From NCBI GenBank assembly GCA_016840035.1, contig JAEOTC010000040.1, positions 1 to 23,990 of the forward strand: a DNA stretch of 23,990 bases, written 5' to 3'. This stretch comes from Candidatus Hodarchaeota archaeon. Its GTDB lineage: Archaea; Asgardarchaeota; Heimdallarchaeia; Hodarchaeales; Hodarchaeaceae. This document shows positions 9,459-16,829 of this stretch, piece by piece; position 1 is the stretch's first letter; each line of letters opens with the position of its first letter. Position numbers and translations under genes: made by a program. Below the pieces are notes generated by a model. It was not told the origin of the DNA and did no database searches. It saw nothing but the letters and a program-made list of their open reading frames with translations.

Positions 9459-12428
9459 TCAGGTTCGATCCAGACCATATGCATCTCGTAAAACTTGCGT
9501 AGGATGATAGATTTCCTTATCAACATTCAGTAGCTGTAATTTACACGTGGGACAATCTGTAACTAACGCATCAATGTCATCTCGATTTGCTTCTGGATAA
9601 AGAGACCGTTCTGCAACGATTTGACCATATTTGTAATTCTTTGATTTAAATCCCCAGCTTCCCAGTTGACCACAACATTCAGTATTTAGAGCTTCAACAT
9701 CAATGACACCTAAGCTTTGAAGCATCTTAACTGAAGTGCCCTTGATACCACTACTTATCAAGTGACATGGTTCATGATAACCTAAACGAACTCCTTTCTC
9801 CATATTGCCATTGAAGTCAGTATTGAGCTTTCCTTCGTCTTTCAACTTCAGGATATAGTCCGTAAAGAGGTAAGTATTGTCCTTTACAAGTTTTGAATCC
9901 TCTGTACCTACTAGTGTATCATGAAGTTCGTCTTTTAGTGTAGCATAACACGAACTACATTGAGTAACCACATCATATCCTTTTTTCACGTATTCTGCGA
10001 AGATTTTGGTGTTATTTTCTCCTTTCTTTTTTGCAACATGACCTAAACCGTTGGAAAGCAACGGAATACCACAACAATTCTGTCCTTTAGGGACAACTAC
10101 TTCGATTCCATTCTTTTCCAAAACTTGTACATGAGCTACAGCAATATCTCGATTTTCTGTATAGTTTGCAAAACAGCCATGGAAAATCGCAACCTTTTTC
10201 ACGGGGTTCGTGGGAGCAGGGTTCTTTTTGGAGTGGCTTTTGAACCATTTTTGAAAAGTAGTTCGTTTGAAGTTAGGGAAATTAGCTTTACGATGCACTC
10301 CACCAAAAAGTTGCATGAAGTATTTACTTGGTCCCCAGAGTCCAAGATTTGATAGAGGGGAGAACGCACTACCCACTTTCGCAATAGTTTCGTAATTTCC
10401 GGTGAAGAAATGCCCTTTGGGAATTTTCCCGATGAAAGGCCATTTTGATCCTCCGTAATGCATGATCTTTGCGTCAAACATCACTTTGGGAATATTAACA
10501 TTAGACGGACAATCGATGTTGCACATCATACAACCTGCACAATCTTCTAATACCTGCCGTGCCTCTTTTGAGCGTAATACACTATAATCTAATTGTCCTG
10601 ATATGATTCCACGCATCAAATTAGCACGTGCCCTTGGTGAGGCGAGTTCACCAGTAGTTGTTTGTTTTGCTCTATAGATTGGACAATCTCTTTGAGGCCT
10701 AAGATCCACAGTACATTTTCCACAGCCGTGACATGATTCTATGGTTTCTTCAAATCCCCAATCTTTATCCCATACTAAATTCTTTTCTAATCCTGGAATT
10801 ACCGAGTAGTCTGCACCAAATCGTAGATTGCTTATTAAAAGATCCTCTTTATCCGTAATTTTATTATCGGGGTTTAATGTGATGTCGGGGTCAAAAATAT
10901 TTTTAAGGTCCCTGAATTTTTCGTATACTTCCTCACCATACATCTGTTTGATATAATTGACACGATCTAATCCATCGTTATGTTCACCAGAGATTGATCC
11001 ACCAATCCCAATGACATATGTATTTACTTCATCCGCGACCTTTTTGATGAGTTCGAGATCTCCACCGTCTTTAGTATTGACAAAAGGTCTTGTATGGACA
11101 AGCCCTTTAGCAGCATGACCATAAATGGCAGCCCTTAAGCCATATTTCGGAAAAACTTCTTCTCTTAAGTGAACCATATAATTTCCTAATTGATCTAGGG
11201 GAACAGTTTGATCTTCGACAAATGCCATAATACGACGTGGTTCTCTAACCTTATTCAAAAGAGGTACGGCATCTTTTCTGACTTTCCAAAGACTAGCTTG
11301 TTCGACAGGATCATCAGAATAACGCATATCAGACGACAGTTGTTCCTGTTCAACGATTAATTCACGAGATTTCTTGACTTTCTCAGCTCTAATTGCTGGA
11401 TCGTCATCATCAAATTCCACATAAAGAATATTATCTACTCCTTCAGGAATAAATTCTTTCAAAGCTGGATTCATACCAACAGCAATCTCAAGTACTGATT
11501 TTCCCAATTGTTCAATAGCTGCTACTCCGACTTTATTAACCAGTAGTTCTACTGCTCTTCCAGATTTCGCTAAAGAATCAAAATCCATTACTACTAGCGT
11601 TTTATCTACTGGTTTTGGAATAAATTTAATTTTAGCCTCAACTACAATGCCTAAGGTTCCTTCTGAACCTAAAAATAATCGAGATAGGTCAATTTTATTA
11701 TCTTTGATAACATCTTTAAGATTATACCCGCTAACATTCATCTTAACCTTGGGCCAACGGTTATTGATTAGAGTTTGAGTATCAGGATTGTTAACTAGCT
11801 CAACGGTCGACTTATAGAGTTGTGATTCCAGAGTATCTTTAGAAGTGATTTTATTGTAATCTTCAGAACCTATTTCAACGGGCTTGGCTTGAATCTCTTC
11901 CCCATTACTCAAAATGACGGTTAGTTCTTGAACATAATCTGCCATATATCCATATTTCACAGCATGCGCGCCAGAGGAATTAGTTCCGATCATACCCCCA
12001 ATTGAGGCATAATTTTCTGAACTGTTATCAACATACAGAATTTTTCCAATTTTTGCTAGTTTTTGGTTTAAATTTCCACAAATAACGCCTGGTTGAACAA
12101 TTGTTGTGGAATCTTCTTCATTTATATCGATTATTTTGTTCATATACCTACGAAATGCGAGAATTATCCCAGGACCCAGACTTGCTCCTCCTAATCCTGA
12201 TCCTGCTCCACGAGCATGAACTGGAATCCCATGTTCTTTTGCAAATCTAACAACTTCCTGTACATCCCTTTTATCCTTTGGATAGACAACTGCTGTTGGC
12301 ATTATTCTATAGACGCTTGCATCGGTGGAGTAAAAATAGCGTGATATTTCATCAGTCGAAATCTCACCCTTAAGTTTTCCCTTTAGGTTTTTCCTTATAA
12401 AATCCGGTTTCAATTGGCTAGTACTCAT
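9459..12428 (-). CDS. FAD-binding and Fe-S/CCG-domain oxidoreductase (YdiJ / D-2-hydroxyacid dehydrogenase-like, GlcD+GlcF architecture)
   Basis: YSTDASVY, RGAGSGLGG, GSEGTLG, YGHA, SGEHNDG; ferredoxin motifs CHGCGKC...CP and CAGCMMCNIDCP; two CCG domains (NCCG...CSSC; HEPCH...ECCG...DCPTC). Confidence 0.9.
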   Translation of the reverse strand: MSTSQLKPDFIRKNLKGKLKGEISTDEISRYFYSTDASVYRIMPTAVVYPKDKRDVQEVVRFAKEHGIPVHARGAGSGLGGASLGPGIILAFRRYMNKIIDINEEDSTTIVQPGVICGNLNQKLAKIGKILYVDNSSENYASIGGMIGTNSSGAHAVKYGYMADYVQELTVILSNGEEIQAKPVEIGSEDYNKITSKDTLESQLYKSTVELVNNPDTQTLINNRWPKVKMNVSGYNLKDVIKDNKIDLSRLFLGSEGTLGIVVEAKIKFIPKPVDKTLVVMDFDSLAKSGRAVELLVNKVGVAAIEQLGKSVLEIAVGMNPALKEFIPEGVDNILYVEFDDDDPAIRAEKVKKSRELIVEQEQLSSDMRYSDDPVEQASLWKVRKDAVPLLNKVREPRRIMAFVEDQTVPLDQLGNYMVHLREEVFPKYGLRAAIYGHAAKGLVHTRPFVNTKDGGDLELIKKVADEVNTYVIGIGGSISGEHNDGLDRVNYIKQMYGEEVYEKFRDLKNIFDPDITLNPDNKITDKEDLLISNLRFGADYSVIPGLEKNLVWDKDWGFEETIESCHGCGKCTVDLRPQRDCPIYRAKQTTTGELASPRARANLMRGIISGQLDYSVLRSKEARQVLEDCAGCMMCNIDCPSNVNIPKVMFDAKIMHYGGSKWPFIGKIPKGHFFTGNYETIAKVGSAFSPLSNLGLWGPSKYFMQLFGGVHRKANFPNFKRTTFQKWFKSHSKKNPAPTNPVKKVAIFHGCFANYTENRDIAVAHVQVLEKNGIEVVVPKGQNCCGIPLLSNGLGHVAKKKGENNTKIFAEYVKKGYDVVTQCSSCYATLKDELHDTLVGTEDSKLVKDNTYLFTDYILKLKDEGKLNTDFNGNMEKGVRLGYHEPCHLISSGIKGTSVKMLQSLGVIDVEALNTECCGQLGSWGFKSKNYKYGQIVAERSLYPEANRDDIDALVTDCPTCKLQLLNVDKEIYHPTQVLRDAYGLDRT

Positions 12429-12723
12429 TTCTATGACCCAATATTTTAATGTCCTTTATCGTAATCACATTTAATTAACTTTATCATCACATTGTGAGAT
12501 TCCTTAAAAACTCTATTGATTGACATAGGTTGACTTTTCAATTGTTTAAATTACAGATGATTAGATACAAAATAACTGAAATTCGAATTCGAAGAAAACT
12601 CATGGAGATTACAATCAAGAGCGCTAGATATGGGGAATCTTGACTAATTAAACCATTATGTTAGATTTTAAATAATTTTCTCCTCTAAAATCATTATTCC
12701 TGATTGAAATAAGGAGAGAAAGC

Positions 12724-12788
12724 AATTCATTTGAAATATGTTCACATGAACATTTATTCATATAACCAATTGCTGAAAAATTTCAATA
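12724..12788. repeat. Copy 1 of a diverged ~65-bp intergenic direct repeat with palindromic core
   Basis: Core gaaatatgttcacatgaacatttatt (12733-12758) matches 13864-13889 at 24/26. 12767-12788 matches 13897-13918 at 17/22 (hand alignment). Confidence 0.75.
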
Positions 12789-12837
12789 TCACGAAATAAG
12801 TGTATGAACCGTTAGCACTAAAAATTTTGTTTAATAT

Positions 12838-13653
12838 CTATGAAGTTTCTCTCTTTCGTCCAACTATAAAAAGGTGTGAAGCGGGAGCGGATCCATATTT
12901 TCGAATTTTCTGTTTAATCTTCTCTCCTTCGACTAATAATGAATTAGTTACGGAATTATTCTCTAAAATCCCCTGTTCTAATCCTTTTTGTAAACGATTA
13001 AGATCATCTTCAACTTCTTTTATAGCAAAATCTATAACCGATTTATTTTTGGGATCCGCACACTTGAATCTATCTTCGCACGTTAAACAATTAACCTTAT
13101 GAGTTGATTCAATGATATTTACGTTTTTAAGATCTACATTTGCGACAAAATTGATGATCTCTTGTTTAGTATAGGTTTTTCTGTGAGGAATACCCATTAA
13201 TTTGTCAATCTTTGCTCCCCAATGATGTTGGGCTATATCTGCACATTGAGCCTCTGTTTGAGTGCCGTCAGAAAACATTTCTTGAAGTATAAAATTTCCA
13301 CTTGGTTTTAATACCCGTTTAATTTCTGCTAGTACTTTCTCTACGGATAATAAATGATGGATCGAATAAGATATACTGACAGTATCAAATACTGAATCTT
13401 CAAACTTAAGCGATTCTGCATTCATTTCCAGAAATTCAACTGGGTGGGGGGTAAACCTTTTTCCTTTCCATTTCTTTTTAGAAATATCTATGCCTGTAAA
13501 AGAAGTATATTCTGAAAGGAATTCTATCAGAGTAAGAATAAAATTGCCACCTTCAGTAGCTACATCCAGAATTTTTCCCCCTGAAATGGAATTTAACAGT
13601 TTTTGAATTTCAAGCGCGCCCGATTTTGCTAAATCCTTTGGTAATTCAGTCAA
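12838..13653 (-). CDS. Class I SAM-dependent methyltransferase (Methyltransf_11/31-like) with a Cys-containing C-terminal extension
   Basis: KILDVATEGG, TGIDIS, MNAESLKFEDSVFDTV, IHHL, EIKRVLKPSG; CLTCEDRFKC in the C-terminal part; TTG start after AGGA. Confidence 0.88.
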   Translation of the reverse strand: MTELPKDLAKSGALEIQKLLNSISGGKILDVATEGGNFILTLIEFLSEYTSFTGIDISKKKWKGKRFTPHPVEFLEMNAESLKFEDSVFDTVSISYSIHHLLSVEKVLAEIKRVLKPSGNFILQEMFSDGTQTEAQCADIAQHHWGAKIDKLMGIPHRKTYTKQEIINFVANVDLKNVNIIESTHKVNCLTCEDRFKCADPKNKSVIDFAIKEVEDDLNRLQKGLEQGILENNSVTNSLLVEGEKIKQKIRKYGSAPASHLFIVGRKRETS

Positions 13654-13854
13654 GATTAGGTTTCCTTTGTAAAAAATATTTTTTCGATAATTGTTGGAAC
13701 CAAGGTCTATAAAATCTATTCATTCAAGGCAAAGTAGGTCAATAAAAATACTCTCAATACTCTTAATTATTCCAAAACTCTAACTCCTATTCTATAAGCA
13801 AAATTATTGGAAAGTAGAAGGAAGTAATCGTTCTACAGGATAGTGAGTGTGTTT

Positions 13855-13918
13855 AATTCAAAAGAAATATATTCATATGAACATTTATTATCATATCAAA
13901 TGCAGAGAATTATCAATA
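13855..13918. repeat. Copy 2 of the diverged ~65-bp direct repeat
   Basis: aattcaaaagaaatatattcatatgaacatttattatcatatcaaatgcagagaattatcaata; offset about 1130 bp from copy 1, same orientation. Confidence 0.75.
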
Positions 13919-14076
13919 CTGCAAGTTAAAAAGTATCGAAAGAAATAACGTAAATACTTCACGATACAGAAAAAATATAAAGAAATGAGCATTTGAATCG
14001 GTGACAGTAGGAATTCTGCACCTTTCCAATTTGTTCTACCATTCAATGCCCAGGGTGTTGCAATACGTACCAACCA

Positions 14077-15969
14077 ATAGATTCAAATGAACCTAACTAC
14101 ACTACTCCCACTGCAGCTCTTTCACACATCAAACCTGGGGATAGGATATTCATTGGAACAGGTTGTGCGGAACCAAGACTTCTTTTGTTACATCTTTCAC
14201 AAATGGAGATTCAAACTGAGGATAATGAGATCTATCATGTTATTTCCCACGGACCAGCACCATATGTAAAAGAACAGTATGCTAAACGGTTCAGATATAA
14301 TAGTGTATTTATTACGGATAATATTCGGAGGGCTGTACGCGAAGGACGGGCAGATTATACTCCTGTCTCTTCTGCAAAAATCCCTGACCTTTTTCGGAAA
14401 AAACTTTTACCAATCGATGTTGCTCTTATTCAAACATCCGTTCCTGACAAATCAGGATATGTGAGTTTGGGAATTAGCGTTGATCTTACGAAAGCGGCTG
14501 TAGAGAATTCGCAGCTCGTGATTGCAGAAGTAAATCCCGAAATGCCAGTAACTCATGGTAATTCTTTTGTTCATATTTCTGAAATAGACTATCTAGTACA
14601 GAATCAAAGTCCTTTGACGGAATGGAAGCCTCCCTCAATTACACCCCAAATTGAAAAAGTAGCTCGAAACGTAGTAAGTTTAATTGATAATGAATCCACT
14701 TTACAGATAGGCGTTGGGAATGTGACAAATGCGATGTCTCAGTATCTTTGTGAGAAAAAGGATCTAGGAATTCATTCTGAACTTATTACTGACTCTGTAT
14801 TGGAGATTCTAGATTGCGGTGCTGTGACAAACAACAAAAAAACTATTCATCAAGGAAAAACAGTTGCTACATTCTGCATGGGAACTCAACGATTATATTC
14901 AACCATTAATGACAATCCTGACTTTCATTTTTACCCATCTGACTATGTTCTGGATCCCAATATTGTAGCGAAGAATTATAAAATGGTAACGATCAATTCT
15001 GCCTTAGAAATAGACTTAACAGGACAAGTGGCTGCTGATAGCCTAGGAACATATCTTTACAGCGGTATTGGAGGAGCTGTTGACTTACATCGGGGTGCAC
15101 AACTATCACCTGGGGGTAAAACTATCATTGCACTTCCATCTACATCCAGTGATGGAAAACATTCACGAATCGTTACTCATCTGTCTCCAGGTGCAGGTGT
15201 AGCTATAACCAGGGCGGATATTGAGTATGTAGTGACGGAATACGGAATTGCGTATCTCCATGGTGCATCCCTACGGGAACGAGTCCTTTCTATGATAGAA
15301 TTGGCCCATCCAGATTTCCGCGAAGAATTATTTAAGCGAGCAAAAGATTTAAACTATATGTATCAAGATCAAATTTATTCGGATCCTTCAAAACATTTAA
15401 TGTACCCCTTAGAAGCCCAGGAACACTTTACATTAAGAGATGGAGGACCAACTGTACGAATTAGACCAATTCTTGCGTCTGATGAAGATAAATTGAGGAG
15501 ATTTTTCTATTCTGTGTCAGAAAAGGGTAGATATTCAAGATATTTTAGTGCAATACGAGCTTTGCCCCATAATTTAGCTCAAAAGGAAGCAAACATTAAC
15601 TTTAGCCAAGATATGGGAATTGCAGCATTCTTGGGCCCAATCTCAAAAGAGGAAATAATAGGAACTGGGCATTTTTTTATTCTCCACGACTTTAAAACGG
15701 CGGAAATTTCTTTACTCGTTCATGAAGAATACCGTAATAAAGGTATAGCTAGAGAATTTCTCCGTTATCTGACAAAGCGCGCATTAGAGCTGAATATTAC
15801 TTGTTTTATCACTGAAACTATAATGGGAAATGCAGCTGCTATACATTTGTTAAAGGATTTTGCAGAAAGTGGATTAGCTACAAATGCTAGTATGGAAAGT
15901 GAGGGTGGCGTTATAATCCTTACGTGGGAATTTACAGAAGAGTCTTTTTACAGTCAAAATCCTCGATAG
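14077..15969 (+). CDS. Acetyl-CoA hydrolase / 4-hydroxybutyrate CoA-transferase family protein fused to a C-terminal GNAT acetyltransferase domain (start uncertain)
   Basis: IKPGDRIFIGTGCAEP (in frame, upstream of TTG 14185), DVALIQ, SLGISVD, VIAEVNP, TLQIGVG, catalytic GIHSE, SGIGGAVD, VVTEYGIAYL, AHPDFR. GNAT part: VRIRPI...AEISLLVHEEYRNKGIA. Confidence 0.88.
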   Translation: MDSNEPNYTTPTAALSHIKPGDRIFIGTGCAEPRLLLLHLSQMEIQTEDNEIYHVISHGPAPYVKEQYAKRFRYNSVFITDNIRRAVREGRADYTPVSSAKIPDLFRKKLLPIDVALIQTSVPDKSGYVSLGISVDLTKAAVENSQLVIAEVNPEMPVTHGNSFVHISEIDYLVQNQSPLTEWKPPSITPQIEKVARNVVSLIDNESTLQIGVGNVTNAMSQYLCEKKDLGIHSELITDSVLEILDCGAVTNNKKTIHQGKTVATFCMGTQRLYSTINDNPDFHFYPSDYVLDPNIVAKNYKMVTINSALEIDLTGQVAADSLGTYLYSGIGGAVDLHRGAQLSPGGKTIIALPSTSSDGKHSRIVTHLSPGAGVAITRADIEYVVTEYGIAYLHGASLRERVLSMIELAHPDFREELFKRAKDLNYMYQDQIYSDPSKHLMYPLEAQEHFTLRDGGPTVRIRPILASDEDKLRRFFYSVSEKGRYSRYFSAIRALPHNLAQKEANINFSQDMGIAAFLGPISKEEIIGTGHFFILHDFKTAEISLLVHEEYRNKGIAREFLRYLTKRALELNITCFITETIMGNAAAIHLLKDFAESGLATNASMESEGGVIILTWEFTEESFYSQNPR

Positions 15970-16308
15970 CTAACGATTGGCATAATGTTGTTCATAATGA
16001 CGTAGAGAATTCCTGATTGCGGTTTCTAATGCTTTACTATTAATATCTATTGAAGAAACAATTGTAAACCGAAATATTTCGAAGATTTCTTTTGTTTGTT
16101 GAATTCTTTCATCTGGTGTGATAAAATCTCTCTCTGTATCGGAATGCGTCATTCCATGCTCCTTTTGCCACTTACGTAAAGCCTTCCAAAGAAATCCTTT
16201 GATCACCATTTGTGATTGATCAATTTCCTTTGAAATTATATCCGCAAAATCACCAATAATTTGACGTTGAATTTTATCAACATCAATTTTATCTAATGGT
16301 TTTGACAT
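15970..16308 (-). CDS. Hypothetical helical protein, paralogue of 16433-16777
   Basis: 112 aa; about 50% identical (57/114 by hand) to the neighbouring ORF, which supports both being real genes. Confidence 0.85.
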   Translation of the reverse strand: MSKPLDKIDVDKIQRQIIGDFADIISKEIDQSQMVIKGFLWKALRKWQKEHGMTHSDTERDFITPDERIQQTKEIFEIFRFTIVSSIDINSKALETAIRNSLRHYEQHYANR

Positions 16309-16432
16309 TCTGTTTACTGATACAAATCGTCTCTTTTAGAAGCTTTCTAGAAAAAGTTTCTTCTCATAGAGTTCCTGATCAGAAATTTGATTAGTGGGAA
16401 AAAACAAGACATCAGAACTGATCAAGTGTAGA

Positions 16433-16777
16433 TTAACGCTTTGCATAGTGGGTTTTGTAGTGTTGAAGGGCTTTATCTATTCCTTTGGAGAGAGCTGTTT
16501 TATCCACATCTGTTCCTGATTGAATCTTAGACTTGCTAATGTCTAGGATTTCACGCGCTTGAGTAATTCTTTCAGCTGGTGAGCTTCCAGAGCCTTTTTC
16601 AGTTTCAGTAATTGTTAATCCGTGATCTTTCTGCCATTTACGTAAAGATTTCCATAAGAATCCTTTAATGATAATGACAGCAATACCCGTTTCCTCTGAA
16701 ACTATATCAGCAAACTCCTCGATGATCTTTTTTTGAACAGAATCAACTTGGATTTTTTCTAATGGAGACTTCGACAT
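16433..16777 (-). CDS. Hypothetical helical protein, paralogue of 15970-16308
   Basis: 114 aa; shared motifs FADI, IKGFLWKxLRKWQKxHG, PxERIxQ, HYxxHYAxR; AAGTGA upstream of the ATG. Confidence 0.85.
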   Translation of the reverse strand: MSKSPLEKIQVDSVQKKIIEEFADIVSEETGIAVIIIKGFLWKSLRKWQKDHGLTITETEKGSGSSPAERITQAREILDISKSKIQSGTDVDKTALSKGIDKALQHYKTHYAKR

Positions 16778-16829
16778 TCAGATCACTTGCATTTAATGCC
16801 CTATAAAACTCTTGTTCATGATTTTCGTT

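Noticed and set aside
12582-12593. Perfect 12-bp palindrome TTCGAATTCGAA upstream of the oxidoreductase
   Set aside because: Single occurrence; spacing does not fit an nGAAnnTTCn heat-shock element; plausible by chance.
12724-12837. The repeat as an integron attC site
   Set aside because: AAC...GTT cores can be found downstream of the methyltransferase, but the L boxes do not pair, the hairpins differ between copies and no integrase is in the window. An attC covariance-model search would settle it.
12800-13102. 100-aa plus-strand ORF starting just after repeat copy 1
   Set aside because: Almost wholly antisense to the methyltransferase, with no recognisable motifs.
12724-13918. The repeat as a CRISPR array or IS ends
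   Set aside because: Only two diverged copies about 1.1 kb apart in direct orientation, with no cas or transposase gene.
13993-14061. Sec/Pyl readthrough from in-frame TTG 13993 through TGA 14002 and TAG 14008 into a Cys-rich leader (CTFPIC...CPGCC)
   Set aside because: Needs two different stop readthroughs within three codons, no SECIS-like element was recognised, and simpler explanations exist. The Cys run may be chance.
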